Shown here: positions 20,553-31,857 of the stretch, one piece after another
Layout: every line of letters begins with the position of its first letter
Numbering within the stretch: position 1 is the stretch's first letter
Assembly: GCA_041397845.1 (NCBI GenBank)
Contig: JAWKVW010000007.1
Location: 53,288 to 117,287 of the forward strand
Direction of reading: 5' to 3'
Source: Hyphomicrobiales bacterium
Lineage (GTDB): Bacteria; Pseudomonadota; Alphaproteobacteria; Rhizobiales; JAKPQE01
Length of the DNA: 64,000 bases
Position numbers and translations under genes: made by a program
Notes under the pieces: model-generated
What the model saw: only the letters and a program-made list of their open reading frames with translations
Told to the model about the DNA's origin: nothing
Databases searched by the model: none

Positions 20553-20927
20553 TCAATTCCTAGCGAGGCGGTCGCCGACGGTCAGCGCCGTTACCAGCAC
20601 GATGGCGTACCACCACATCATCAGCGAGCCAATCAGATCGGCCATGGTCGAGGACAGATCGGGGAAAAAGTCGCAAAAGGCGATGAGCCCGCCGGCATAG
20701 CCAAAGAGGCCGGGAATGGCGAGGCCGGCGCCGAAGCGGGCGGCCTTGCCGGGCGAACAGGCATATCGCAGCAGGAGCGCGGTGACGCCATAGGCGATGA
20801 TGCCGGTCACGAGCAGCAGCACGAGGAAATCGCCGGTATCGCCATCGAGCAGCCAGCCGCCCCAGATCCTGAGCACGAACATGGTCACGAGCCACATGGC
20901 GAAGCCGATGATGAGGCCGCGGCGCAT
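20553..20927 (-). CDS. Small integral membrane protein (unknown function)
   Basis: 124-aa ORF with four hydrophobic segments and 6-nt gaps to both operon neighbours. Confidence 0.6.
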   Translation of the reverse strand: MRRGLIIGFAMWLVTMFVLRIWGGWLLDGDTGDFLVLLLVTGIIAYGVTALLLRYACSPGKAARFGAGLAIPGLFGYAGGLIAFCDFFPDLSSTMADLIGSLMMWWYAIVLVTALTVGDRLARN

Positions 20928-20933
20928 CCGGCT

Positions 20934-22073
20934 TCAGTCCCTGAACAGGTCGCGGGCGATGATCAGGCGCATGATCTCGTTGGTGCCTTCGAGAATCTGG
21001 TGAACGCGGACATCGCGCAGGTAACGCTCCAGCGGATAGTCGCGCAAGTAGCCATAACCGCCATGCATCTGCAGCGCCTCGTTGACGACGGCAAAGCCGA
21101 CGTCGGTGGCAAGGCGCTTGGCCATCGCCGCGGTCGCGGTCGCACCCGGCGTCTTGGCGTCGACCATCATTGCGGCCTTGTGCAGCAGCAGGCGGGCGGC
21201 GGCGAGCTCGGTCGCGCCATCGGCCATGCGGAACTGCAGCGCCTGGAACTCGGCCAGCGCCTGGCCGAACTGGCGGCGCTCCTTCATGTAGGCGACAGCC
21301 CGGTCGAGCGAGGCGGCGGCGGCGCCAAGGGAACAGGCGCCAATGTTCAGGCGGCCGCCATCAAGGCCAGCCATGGCGATGCGGAAGCCGTTGCCCTCGC
21401 CGCCAACAAGGTTCGCGGCCGGCACGCGGCAATCCTCGAAAATGACGGCGGCGGTCGGCTGGCTCTTCCAGCCGAGCTTGATCTCCTGGGCACCGAAGGA
21501 CAGGCCGGGCGCGCCCTTCTCGACGACGAAGCAGGAAATGCCCTTCGGCCCCTCGCCGCCGGTGCGGGCCATGACGACGTAGACGTCCGAGACGCCGCCG
21601 CCGGAGATGAAGGCCTTCGCGCCGTTGAGGACGTAGTCATCGCCGTCGCGGACGGCGCGGGTGCGCAGCGAGGCGGCGTCGGAGCCGGCGCCGGGCTCGG
21701 TCAGGCAGTAGCTGGCGAACCGGTCCATGGCGCAGAGCGCCGGCAGGTAGCGATTGCGCAGATCATCGCTGCCATAGGCATCGATCATCCAGGCGGCCAT
21801 GTTGTGGATCGAGATATAGGCGGCGGTCGAGGTGCAGCCGCGCGCCAGTTCCTCAAGGATCAGCGCGGCATCGAGGCGGGAGAGCGCCGAACCGCCGACG
21901 TCCTCGCGGACATAGATGCCGCCGAAGCCGAGACCGGCCGCCTTGCGCAGCATCTCGACCGGGAAGAACGATTTCTCGTCCCACTCGCGGGCGAAGGGCT
22001 CCATCTCGGTCGCCGCGAAATCCGCCGCCATCTGGCGGATCAGCCGTTGCTCCTCGGACAGCTCGAAATCCAT
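20934..22073 (-). CDS. Acyl-CoA dehydrogenase (isobutyryl-CoA dehydrogenase type by operon context)
   Basis: Track ORF 20934-22106; the likely start is [14 protein letters not shown] at 22073. ACAD motifs [13 protein letters not shown] and [34 protein letters not shown] are present. Confidence 0.9.
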   Translation of the reverse strand: MDFELSEEQRLIRQMAADFAATEMEPFAREWDEKSFFPVEMLRKAAGLGFGGIYVREDVGGSALSRLDAALILEELARGCTSTAAYISIHNMAAWMIDAYGSDDLRNRYLPALCAMDRFASYCLTEPGAGSDAASLRTRAVRDGDDYVLNGAKAFISGGGVSDVYVVMARTGGEGPKGISCFVVEKGAPGLSFGAQEIKLGWKSQPTAAVIFEDCRVPAANLVGGEGNGFRIAMAGLDGGRLNIGACSLGAAAASLDRAVAYMKERRQFGQALAEFQALQFRMADGATELAAARLLLHKAAMMVDAKTPGATATAAMAKRLATDVGFAVVNEALQMHGGYGYLRDYPLERYLRDVRVHQILEGTNEIMRLIIARDLFRD

Positions 22074-22253
22074 GGCGCGCCTCCCCTTTCTTATCCTTGA
22101 CGACAAGGCTTATCGGCGGCTGCCGGGAGCGTCAATCTTGCGGCGAAACATCGGAACAGCGCGGCGAAAGCGATGGCTGCGAGCAGTGCGCGCGCAACGA
22201 GCCGCCAACGCAGCCAAGGCAACAGTCTAAACCGACCATACCAAAACAATACA

Positions 22254-22273
22254 TTAGAAAACTATCATTCTAA
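22254..22273. promoter_or_regulatory. Inverted repeat TTAGAA-N8-TTCTAA in an AT-rich divergent promoter region
   Basis: 6-bp arms seen directly. It lies between the acyl-CoA dehydrogenase start (22073, minus) and the chemoreceptor start (22442, plus). No factor is assigned. Confidence 0.25.
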
Positions 22274-22441
22274 AATTCCATCCTCCATATTCATCGCCAG
22301 ACACACCATCAATACAATTACATACATAAACTTAAATTTTACCAGATTACCTGTTTATCCATCAAATACAGCCAAACCCGATGGCGCAATACGCGAGGAG
22401 CGCTAGCTATCGCGGGAAACAACCATCCGGAGCCAGACCAG

Positions 22442-23923
22442 ATGTTTCTCAGCGCGCATTCCAACGACGACAAAGCAAAACTCGACGCCATCGGCCGGTC
22501 GCAGGCCCTCATCGAATTCATGCCGGACGGCACGATCGTGACGGCGAACGACAATTTCCTGTCGGCGATGGGCTATTCGCTCGACGAGATCCGCGGCAAG
22601 CATCATTCGATGTTCGTCGAAGCGAGCTATCGGGCAAGCCCGGAATACGCGGCATTCTGGAAGGCTCTCGGGCGCGGCGAGTATCAGGCGGACGAGTTCC
22701 GCCGGTTCGGCAAGGGCGGCAAGGAAATCTGGATTCAGGCGTCGTACAATCCGGTGTTCGACCGCGCCGGCAAGACCGTCAGGGTCATCAAGATCGCCAC
22801 CGACATCACGACCGTGAAGCAGCGCAACGCCGTCTTCGAGGGGCAGGTCAACGCCATCAACAAGTCGCAGGCGGTCATCCACTTCGATCTCGACGGTACC
22901 ATTCTTGATGCCAACGACAATTTCCTTGCCGCGCTCGGGTACGCGCTGAACGAGATCCGCGGCAAGCACCACTCGATGTTCGTCGAGCCCGGCTATGCGG
23001 CGAGCGGCGAATACCGCGCTTTCTGGGAAGCGCTCAGGGCCGGCACCTTCCAGGCGGGCGAATATCTGCGTCACGGCAAGGGCGGCAAGGCGATCTGGAT
23101 CCAGGCGACCTACAATCCGATCTTCGACGCCGCCGGACGGCCGTTCAAGGTCGTCAAGTTCGCCACCGACATCACCGCACAGGTCACCGAGCGCAAGCGC
23201 CGGGAAGAGGTGCAGCGGGAAATCGACAGCGACCTCGTCGAGGTCGTCGGCGCCGTCAACGAGGCGAACAACCGGGCCTCGACCGCCGCGTCGGCCTCGG
23301 TCGAGGCCTCGGCGAACGTGCAGACCGTGGCGGCGGCGGCCGAGGAACTCGTCGCCTCGATCGGCGAGATCAGCCGCCAGGTGACCCAGGCCGCGGACAT
23401 CGCCAACAAGGCGGTGCAGCAGGCGACCAGTTCGGGGTCGATCATCAACGGCCTTTCAGAAGATGCCCAGAGCATCGGCGACGTCATCCAGCTCATCGAC
23501 AGCATCGCCAACCAGACCAACCTTCTGGCGCTCAACGCGACGATCGAGGCGGCGCGGGCGGGCGAGGCCGGCAAGGGGTTTGCCGTCGTCGCCTCGGAGG
23601 TGAAGAACCTCGCCTCGCAGACGACCAAGGCGACCGAGGACATCTCCTCGCGCATCCTCTCGGTGCAGGAATCGACCGCCAACGCGGTGTCGGCGATCGA
23701 CATGATCAAGGACATCATCAACCAGATCAGCGACATCTCGGCCGGCATCGCGGCCGCGATCGAGGAGCAGTCGGCGGTCACGCGCGATATTTCCGACAAC
23801 ATGCAGACCGCCTCGCGCGGGGTCGGCACGATCAACGAGAACGTCCAGGCGATTTCCGACTCGACGCAGCAGATCGACGTTGCCGCCCGCAAGGTGCGCG
23901 AGGCATCGCGCTCGATCGCCTGA
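22442..23923 (+). CDS. Cytoplasmic methyl-accepting chemotaxis protein with two tandem PAS domains
   Basis: 493-aa ORF with no hydrophobic segment. The PAS unit is duplicated (...[32 protein letters not shown]... / ...[32 protein letters not shown]...). The MCP signalling hairpin is [37 protein letters not shown]. Confidence 0.92.
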   Translation: MFLSAHSNDDKAKLDAIGRSQALIEFMPDGTIVTANDNFLSAMGYSLDEIRGKHHSMFVEASYRASPEYAAFWKALGRGEYQADEFRRFGKGGKEIWIQASYNPVFDRAGKTVRVIKIATDITTVKQRNAVFEGQVNAINKSQAVIHFDLDGTILDANDNFLAALGYALNEIRGKHHSMFVEPGYAASGEYRAFWEALRAGTFQAGEYLRHGKGGKAIWIQATYNPIFDAAGRPFKVVKFATDITAQVTERKRREEVQREIDSDLVEVVGAVNEANNRASTAASASVEASANVQTVAAAAEELVASIGEISRQVTQAADIANKAVQQATSSGSIINGLSEDAQSIGDVIQLIDSIANQTNLLALNATIEAARAGEAGKGFAVVASEVKNLASQTTKATEDISSRILSVQESTANAVSAIDMIKDIINQISDISAGIAAAIEEQSAVTRDISDNMQTASRGVGTINENVQAISDSTQQIDVAARKVREASRSIA

Positions 23924-25144
<1,221 letters not shown>

Positions 25145-25190
25145 GGGCCGGACGCGGAGCGCCCTCCCCTCGCGAGCCGGCGGAGCGGCC

Positions 25191-26546
25191 ATGGTCTTTC
25201 GACAGGGAACACGGCTGCATTTCCGGTGGGCGCTTCTCGTCGCGCTCGCCGGCCTCACCTTGCTTGCCGGCTGCTCCAGCGACCTGATGCAGCAGCAGAT
25301 CTGCGCCGACATCATTCCGGCGCTCGAGACCGAGGACCCGATGATTGCGGTCGTTTCGGCCGAGAGCGTCAAGGACGCGCCGGTCGCCATCGTCGACTAT
25401 GCGACCGGTGGCGAGGGCATCCGCTGGACCTCGAAGCGGATCGTCTGCCGGTTCGGCGGCTCCGGCTTTGCCACCGAACGGCAGACGCTGTCGCATGTCG
25501 AGATCGACAACGTGCCGGTTGGCGAGGCGCAGCTCTGGGCGCTGAACCGGTTCTGGCTCGGGGAGATCGGCGCCGTTGCCGAGGGGCGACACCGGATCGT
25601 GCGCCAGCCGCATGACGGCAGTTCGCCGGCGCTCGGCTATTTCCTGCAGCAGTTCGTCAATGCCGGCGTCGTCTCGGCGATCTATGTGATGCTCGCCGTC
25701 GCCTACGCCCTCGTCTACGGGGTGACCAACCGGATCAACCTCGCCTTCGGCGAGATGGCGACGGTCGGCGCCTATGGAGCCGTCGTCGGCGTTGCCGCGG
25801 CGCTGGCGATCGGGCGGCCCGACGTCGCCGGGGCGCTTGCGATTGCCGTTGCGATGGCGATGGCGGTGACCGTCCTTGCCGGCGACGCCATCGGGCGACT
25901 GGTTTTCCTGCCGCTGATGCAACGGCGGTCGGCGGCGACGATCGTTGCAACGCTCGGTGCCGCGATCGCGCTGCAGGAGGCGCTGCGCCTTGCCCAGGGC
26001 ACGCGCGAGCGCTGGCTGCAGCCAATCCTGAACGAGCCGCACATCCTCCTCGGCGGCGCCTTTCCGGTGATCGTGACGACCATGCAGGCCGCGATCGTCG
26101 CGGCGACGGTCTTCGTCATCGCCGCACTCATCATCTCGATGCGGAAAAGCGCCTTCGGGCGCAACTGGCGGGCCGTGGCGGACGACCCGAAAATGGCCGG
26201 CCTTCTCGGCATCGACCCGGCCGACACGGTGCTGAAGGCGTTCTCGGCAGCGGCCGTGCTCGCCGGCCTCACCGGCGCCGTCCTGACGCTGCACTATGGC
26301 GGCACCAGCTTCTCCATGGGCACCATCATCGGCCTCAAGGCCCTTGTCGCCGCTATCGTCGGCGGCATCGGCTCGCCGGCCGGGGCGGCGCTCGGCGGCC
26401 TTCTCATCGGTCTTCTGGAGACCTTCTGGTCGGCCTATCTGCCGATGGCCTATCGCGACGCGATGGTGCTCGGCGTCCTCATCGTCGTATTGATCCTCAG
26501 GCCGGGCGGCCTCATCGGCCCGCGCCTACAAGGAAAACGCCCATGA
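25191..26546 (+). CDS. LivH-type (branched-chain amino acid ABC) permease domain fused to an N-terminal lipoprotein-like domain
   Basis: 451-aa ORF. The N-terminus ALAGLTLLAGCSS is a lipobox, followed by about 115 aa of soluble-looking sequence. From about residue 147, LGYFLQQFVNAGVVSAIYVMLAVAYALVYGVTNRINLAFGE... is a LivH-like TM domain. The stop overlaps the ilvA ATG (ATGA at 26543-26546). Confidence 0.8.
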   Translation: MVFRQGTRLHFRWALLVALAGLTLLAGCSSDLMQQQICADIIPALETEDPMIAVVSAESVKDAPVAIVDYATGGEGIRWTSKRIVCRFGGSGFATERQTLSHVEIDNVPVGEAQLWALNRFWLGEIGAVAEGRHRIVRQPHDGSSPALGYFLQQFVNAGVVSAIYVMLAVAYALVYGVTNRINLAFGEMATVGAYGAVVGVAAALAIGRPDVAGALAIAVAMAMAVTVLAGDAIGRLVFLPLMQRRSAATIVATLGAAIALQEALRLAQGTRERWLQPILNEPHILLGGAFPVIVTTMQAAIVAATVFVIAALIISMRKSAFGRNWRAVADDPKMAGLLGIDPADTVLKAFSAAAVLAGLTGAVLTLHYGGTSFSMGTIIGLKALVAAIVGGIGSPAGAALGGLLIGLLETFWSAYLPMAYRDAMVLGVLIVVLILRPGGLIGPRLQGKRP

Positions 26547-27769
26547 CCGTGACCCTCGACGACATCCGCGCCGCCCAGACGACGATTGCCGGCGCCGTCA
26601 TGCGCACGCCGTTCCTGCCGGCGCCGAAGCTCTCGGCCCTGACCGGCGCCGACATCCGCGTCAAATACGAGAACATGCAGGTCACGAACGCCTTCAAGGA
26701 GCGCGGCGCCGTCGTCAAGCTCGCCTCGCTCTCGCCCGAGGACCGGGCGCGCGGCGTCATCGCCATGTCGGCCGGCAACCACGCCCAGGCGGTCGCCTAT
26801 CACGCCGCACGGCTCGGCATTCCGGCAACGATCGTGATGGCGGAACCGACGCCGTTCGTGAAGGTTGCCGCGACGCGCGGCTATGGCGCGCGGGTCGTGC
26901 TCATCGGCGAGACCCTGTCGGAGGCGCAGCACGAGGCCGAGGCGATCGCCGAGCGCGGGGGGCTGACCTTCGTCCACCCCTATGACGACGCGGACGTCAT
27001 CCGCGGCCAGGGCACGATCGCACTCGAGATGCTGGAAGATGCGCCGGACCTCGACACGATCGTCGTGCCGGTCGGCGGCGGCGGCCTCATCTCCGGCGTC
27101 GCGACGGCAGCCAAGGCGCTGAAGCCTTCCATCGAGATCATCGGCGTCGAGACCGTTCACTATCCCTCGATGTGGTCGGCGCTGCGCGGCGAGACGCCGA
27201 AATGCGGCGGCAACACGCTGGCCGAGGGCATCGCCGTCAAGAATGTCGGCAAGCTGACGCTGGAGATCGTGCGCCGGCTCGTTGACGAGATCGTGCTCGT
27301 CAAGGAAGCCGAGATCGAGCGGGCGGTGAACGCCTATCTGACGCTGCAAAAGGCGATGGCCGAGGGCGCGGGAGCGGCCGGCCTTGCGGCGCTGCTTGCC
27401 GCGCCGGCCCGGTTTCGCGGGCGGCGGATCGGCCTCATCCTCGCCGGCGGCAATATCGATGCCCGCATCCTTGCCTCGATCATGGTGCGCGAGCTTGCCC
27501 GCGAGGAGCGGATCGCGGCGATCCGGATCACCATTCCCGACCGGCCCGGCGTGCTCGGCCAGATCACCACGACGATCGGCAATCTCGGCGGCAACATCCT
27601 CGAGGTCTCGCACCACCGGCTGTTTCTCAAGGTGCCGGCGAAGGGCGCGACCGTCGACGTCACCATGGAGACGCGCGACGCGGCCCATGCCAACGAGATC
27701 ATCGCCGGGCTCGAGGCCAAGGGCTTCGATGTCGTGCGCCTCGACCAGGCGGCCGAGGAACTGCGCTGA
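26543..27769 (+). CDS. ilvA: Threonine ammonia-lyase (threonine dehydratase) with C-terminal ACT-like domain
   Basis: 408-aa ORF with the PLP-lysine context ENMQVTNAFKERGA, SAGNHAQAVAYHA, and a GGGGLISG loop. Confidence 0.9.
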   Translation: MTVTLDDIRAAQTTIAGAVMRTPFLPAPKLSALTGADIRVKYENMQVTNAFKERGAVVKLASLSPEDRARGVIAMSAGNHAQAVAYHAARLGIPATIVMAEPTPFVKVAATRGYGARVVLIGETLSEAQHEAEAIAERGGLTFVHPYDDADVIRGQGTIALEMLEDAPDLDTIVVPVGGGGLISGVATAAKALKPSIEIIGVETVHYPSMWSALRGETPKCGGNTLAEGIAVKNVGKLTLEIVRRLVDEIVLVKEAEIERAVNAYLTLQKAMAEGAGAAGLAALLAAPARFRGRRIGLILAGGNIDARILASIMVRELAREERIAAIRITIPDRPGVLGQITTTIGNLGGNILEVSHHRLFLKVPAKGATVDVTMETRDAAHANEIIAGLEAKGFDVVRLDQAAEELR

Positions 27770-27850
27770 CGGCCGGCGGCGATGATCGGAACTTGCAGCG
27801 CTCCCCTGCCGTTCCCATGTAAATGCGGGACGAACAAGGGAGTGCCCCTG

Positions 27851-28366
27851 ATGAACAGCATCGACACCCGCCGTTTCGACGACACCGCCGACGGGCCGGA
27901 ATTCGCCTATGATCCGGACACGCAGCCGGAGCTCTTCGAAGGGGTGCGGACGCGCCGGTTCACGGCGTTCCTCATCGATGCGGCGATCATTCTGGCGCTG
28001 ACCCTTCTGGTCGGCATTCTCGTCTTTTTCCTCGGCGTCCTGACGCTCGGCTTCGGCTGGCTGCTCTATGGCGGCATTTTCCCGGCCGTGGCGCTGATCT
28101 ACACGGCGATGACGGCCGGCGGGCCGAACTCGGCAACGATCGGCATGCGGACCATGGGCCTTGAGCTGCGCACCTGGTACGGCGCGAAGATGTACCACCT
28201 GCTGGCCGCCATGCATGCACTGGTCTTCTACTTCTCGATCTCGATGCTGACGCCGGCCGTGCTGCTCGTCTGTCTCTTCAACGGCCGCAAGCGCTGCCTG
28301 CACGACATGCTGATGGGCACGATCGTCATCAACACCAGCAAGCAGGCCGAGGCGTTCAACAGCTAA
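27851..28366 (+). CDS. RDD-family membrane protein
   Basis: 171 aa from MNSIDTRRFDD (AAGGGAG Shine-Dalgarno upstream) inside track ORF 27782-28366. RTRRFTAFLIDAAIILALT and RKRCLHDMLMGTIVI are RDD-like. Confidence 0.8.
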   Translation: MNSIDTRRFDDTADGPEFAYDPDTQPELFEGVRTRRFTAFLIDAAIILALTLLVGILVFFLGVLTLGFGWLLYGGIFPAVALIYTAMTAGGPNSATIGMRTMGLELRTWYGAKMYHLLAAMHALVFYFSISMLTPAVLLVCLFNGRKRCLHDMLMGTIVINTSKQAEAFNS

Positions 28367-28436
28367 GCGGGCAAGCGACCGCTGACGGCAAATGGCCAAG
28401 CGGGCATGCGGCCGCAACGGCAGGGCCAAGCGGGCA
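28365..28436. repeat. Three direct copies of AAGCGGGCA (two extended to AAGCGGGCAAGCG, two to GGCCAAGCGGGCA)
   Basis: Copies lie at 28365-28373, 28398-28406 and 28428-28436, spaced 33 and 30 nt apart. Confidence 0.5.
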
Positions 28437-28461
28437 AGCGCCCGCAGGCGGCAAAGGGCGG

Positions 28462-28494
28462 GGGCGGACGGTTCCGTGATCGGAACGGCCGCCC
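28462..28494 (+). terminator. Putative terminator after the RDD gene
   Basis: gggcgg..gttccg-tgat-cggaac..ccgccc interrupted hairpin followed by tcttcgt. Confidence 0.45.
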
Positions 28495-28610
28495 TCTTCG
28501 TACAAACGTCATGCAATTTGTCGCAATGGCGAGCGTTATGCCTTCGGCCGAGCGACTGGCGATGCTATCATGACGAGACGATTTGCCAGAACGGCGCCCC
28601 GAATGACGCG

Positions 28611-29357
28611 ATGACCGAGCAGATCACCGACACGCCCCAATTCTACCTGACGGCGCCTGCCCCCTGCCCTTATCTGCCGGGGCGGCAGGAGCGCAAGGTG
28701 TTCACGCATCTCGTCGGGCGGCGGGCGGCCGGGCTCAATGACGTGCTCACCCAGGGCGGCTTCCGGCGCAGCCAGAACATCGCCTACCGGCCAAGCTGCG
28801 AGAGCTGCCGGGCCTGCGTCTCGGTGCGGGTGCTGGCCGACCGGTTCGAGGCGACGCGCAGCCTCAAGCGCATCCTGAAGGCCAATGGCGACCTCATCGG
28901 AGCCGAGCGCGGGGCGCTTCCGACCTCGGAGCAGTATTCGCTGTTCCGGCGCTATCTCGACGCCCGCCATTCCGACGGCGGCATGGCCGACATGACGGTG
29001 CTCGACTATGCGATGATGGTCGAGGATACGTTCGTCGACACGATGATCGTCGAATACCGCCGCCGGGGGCCCGATTCGAGCTTTACCAAGCGCGGCGAAG
29101 GCCCGCTGATCGGCGCGGCGCTGACCGACGTTCTCGCCGACGGCCTGTCGATGGTCTACAGTTTCTACGATCCCGAGCTTGCTGACCGCAGCCTCGGCAC
29201 CTTCATGATCCTCGACCATATCCGCCGGGCGCGCTGGCGCGGCCTGCCGCATGTCTATCTTGGCTACTGGGTCGAGGGCTCGGAAAAGATGGACTACAAG
29301 CGCCGCTTCCTGCCGCAGGAACACCTCATCGGCGAGACCTGGATACGGGCGCGATAG
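28611..29357 (+). CDS. bpt: Arginyl/leucyl-tRNA--protein transferase Bpt
   Basis: 248 aa from [29 protein letters not shown] inside track ORF 28392-29357. It also has CRACVSVRV and [12 protein letters not shown]...YLGYWV. Confidence 0.9.
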   Translation: MTEQITDTPQFYLTAPAPCPYLPGRQERKVFTHLVGRRAAGLNDVLTQGGFRRSQNIAYRPSCESCRACVSVRVLADRFEATRSLKRILKANGDLIGAERGALPTSEQYSLFRRYLDARHSDGGMADMTVLDYAMMVEDTFVDTMIVEYRRRGPDSSFTKRGEGPLIGAALTDVLADGLSMVYSFYDPELADRSLGTFMILDHIRRARWRGLPHVYLGYWVEGSEKMDYKRRFLPQEHLIGETWIRAR

Positions 29358-29364
29358 GCCTTCC

Positions 29365-29787
29365 CTACTCTGAATCCGGCCGCCGCGTGCGCAGCGCCTT
29401 GATGGCGCCGCGGCGGGATTTTTCGTCCATGCGGCGGCGTTTCGAGCCGAGCGTCGGGCGGGTCGGGCGGCGCGGCGTCTGGACGATGGTGGCGGCGCGG
29501 ACCAGTTCGACGAGGCGCTCGATCGCGTCCTCGCGGTTGCGCTCGCGGGTGCGAAAGCGCTGGGCGGTGATGACGACGACGCCATCAGCCGTGATGCGCC
29601 GGTCGCGGGCGGCGAGCAGGCGCTGGCGCACCGGCTCTGGCAGCGACGGCGAGCGGGCCGCATCGAAGCGGATCTGCACCGCCGTCTCGACCTTGTTGAC
29701 GTTCTGGCCGCCGGGCCCCGAGGCGCGGATGAAGCTCTCCTCGATCTCGCGCTCGTCGAGCGATATGCGGTCGGTGACAGGGATCAT
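29365..29787 (-). CDS. arfB: Alternative ribosome-rescue factor ArfB (peptidyl-tRNA hydrolase, GGQ)
   Basis: 140 aa from MIPVTDRISLDEREIEESFIRASGPGGQNVNKVETAV, with a basic C-terminal tail. Confidence 0.9.
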   Translation of the reverse strand: MIPVTDRISLDEREIEESFIRASGPGGQNVNKVETAVQIRFDAARSPSLPEPVRQRLLAARDRRITADGVVVITAQRFRTRERNREDAIERLVELVRAATIVQTPRRPTRPTLGSKRRRMDEKSRRGAIKALRTRRPDSE

Positions 29788-29829
29788 CGGTCGGTCACAG
29801 GCAAGGGCGTCGGCGCGGCCGCCGGGCAA

Positions 29830-30489
29830 TCATTTCGGCAACCCGGCGCGCACCTTCTCGAACACATCACGGAACATCGCCTCGGTCAGGCGGCCGGTAT
29901 TCGTGTTGTAGCGCGAACAATGGTAGCTGTCGAAAAGCTGCAGGCCGTCGATGGCGTGCACCGCGCCATGGCCGAAGGCGTGGCGCGCCCGCACCGCGCC
30001 GAGTGCCGAGAGCGTCGAATCATGGGCGATACGGCCAAGGGCGACGATCGCCGCAAGGTCTGAAAAGCCGGCGATGGTGCGCTCGAGATAGGGCCGGCAG
30101 GCGGCAATCTCGGCGCCTACGGGCTTGTTCTCGGGCGGCACGCAGCGCACCGCGTTGGTGATCGCGGCGCCGACAAGCTCGAGGCCGTCGTCCGGACGAG
30201 CCGCATACGTGCCCCGGGCGAAGCCGAAATCGATCAGCGTCTGGTAGAGCAGATCGCCGGCATAGTCGCCGGTGAACGGCCGGCCGGTGCGGTTGGCACC
30301 GCGCAGGCCAGGCGCAAGGCCAACGATGAGCAGGCGGGCGCCGGGGTCGCCAAAGGTCGGCACCGGCGCGTTGAACCAGCCCGGCTCCGCCTGTCGCTGG
30401 GTCTGCCGGAAGGCAGCGAGCCGGGGACAGGCGCCACAGTCCCGCCCCGGATCGCGAAGATTGTCGGTCGCAGCCATGGCGGCACGCAC
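29830..30489 (-). CDS. Uracil-DNA glycosylase family protein (family 4/5 type)
   Basis: 219-aa ORF with CGACPRL, GLAPGLRGANRTGRPFTGDYAGDLLY and HCSRYNTNTG motifs. Confidence 0.85.
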   Translation of the reverse strand: MRAAMAATDNLRDPGRDCGACPRLAAFRQTQRQAEPGWFNAPVPTFGDPGARLLIVGLAPGLRGANRTGRPFTGDYAGDLLYQTLIDFGFARGTYAARPDDGLELVGAAITNAVRCVPPENKPVGAEIAACRPYLERTIAGFSDLAAIVALGRIAHDSTLSALGAVRARHAFGHGAVHAIDGLQLFDSYHCSRYNTNTGRLTEAMFRDVFEKVRAGLPK

Positions 30490-30498
30490 GAGAGCCGA

Positions 30499-31095
30499 TC
30501 AGTCGTCGTACTCGTCGTAGTCCTCTTCCTGCTGCTGGGCCCGTTCGGCCTGACGCGCGGCGCGCTCGGCCGGATCGCGGCCGATCTTCGGCATCAGCGT
30601 GACGAGGTCGACGAAATGGTCGGCCTGCCGGCGCAGCTCGTCGGCGATCATCGGCGGCTGGGTCTGCAGGGTCGACACCACCGAGACCTTGCGGCCCTTG
30701 CGCTGAATGGCCTCGACGAGGCGGCGGAAATCGCCGTCGCCGGAGAACAGCACGATGTGATCGACCTGATCGGAGAGCTCCATGGCATCGACGGCAAGCT
30801 CGATGTCCATGTTGCCCTTGATCTTGCGGCGCCCGGTCGAGTCGTAGAACTCCTTCACCGGCTTGGTGACGACCTTGTAGCCATTGTAGTCGAGCCAGTC
30901 GATGAGCGGCCGTATCGAGGAATATTCCTGATCCTCGACAAGCGCCGTATAGTAATAGCAGCGCAGCAGATATCCCTTGCCACGGAATTCCTGCAGCAAC
31001 CGCTTGTAGTCGATATCGGCACCAAGCGACTTTGCTGTCGCGTAAAGGTTGGCACCATCAATGAAAAGTGCGATTTTTTCCCGGGGATCGAACAT
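30499..31095 (-). CDS. NYN (LabA-like) domain protein
   Basis: 198-aa ORF with IALFIDGANLY...GNMDIELAVDAM...IVLFSGDGDF and an acidic tail. Confidence 0.85.
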   Translation of the reverse strand: MFDPREKIALFIDGANLYATAKSLGADIDYKRLLQEFRGKGYLLRCYYYTALVEDQEYSSIRPLIDWLDYNGYKVVTKPVKEFYDSTGRRKIKGNMDIELAVDAMELSDQVDHIVLFSGDGDFRRLVEAIQRKGRKVSVVSTLQTQPPMIADELRRQADHFVDLVTLMPKIGRDPAERAARQAERAQQQEEDYDEYDD

Positions 31096-31455
31096 TTTGT
31101 CTTTCGCTATCGGTTATGTCGTGAACCCGCCATTATGAATGCGGGTATGTCCTGGCGGCCGGCGCAACGAAATGTCGCCGCTGATGCATGTAGGGCCGTG
31201 GGCTGGCTTTTACAGCTCTTGTTAATTGAGGCAGGGAGATAGGGCCCCTGCCGAAAATGTCATCAAACCAATGCGGCACGCCGCGCCGTGCTTGCCGCCG
31301 TTTTACTGGAGCCGCGAACCCTTCGCAAGTAAGTCGCGTGGCGAACCAACCCCTGAAAAACGCGGGGCGCGCGGGAGAGCCTTGTTTCGCTTGAATTCCT
31401 TTGCTGAAATGCCTAAAGAAGTCCGCTCGATCCCTAAACGCAAGGAGGTGCGCCG

Positions 31456-31857
31456 ATGGCCCGCGTGACCGTCGAGGATTGCATCGACAAGGTACCGAAT
31501 CGTTTTGAACTGGTTCTGCTCGCCAGCCATCGCGCGCGCATGATTTCCAGCGGTTCGCAGCTCACGATCGACCGCGACAACGACAAGAACCCGGTCGTTG
31601 CCCTGCGCGAGATCGCAGAGCGCACCGTGTCCTCCGAGGACCTGAAGGAAGACTTCATCCACTCGCTGCAGAAGTACGTCGAGGTCGACGAGCCCGAGGG
31701 CGAGCCGGACACCGGCGCCGAGCCGGCCGGCTATCTGACCGCCGGCGACGACGCGGCGGCGGAGGGCGACGACATCGCCTTCGACCGCATGTCGGAGGAA
31801 GAGCTGCTGCGCGGTCTGCAGGACCTCGTGCCGCCGGACAATCGCGAAGAGATCTGA
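31456..31857 (+). CDS. rpoZ: DNA-directed RNA polymerase subunit omega
   Basis: 133-aa ORF starting [28 protein letters not shown]. Confidence 0.95.
   Translation: MARVTVEDCIDKVPNRFELVLLASHRARMISSGSQLTIDRDNDKNPVVALREIAERTVSSEDLKEDFIHSLQKYVEVDEPEGEPDTGAEPAGYLTAGDDAAAEGDDIAFDRMSEEELLRGLQDLVPPDNREEI

Noticed and set aside
22254-22273. An Irr/ICE-box-like TTAGAA...TTCTAA.
   Set aside because: The canonical ICE has a 3-nt spacer (TTTAGAA-N3-TTCTAAA), whereas the spacer here is 8 nt. It is kept only as an unassigned inverted repeat.
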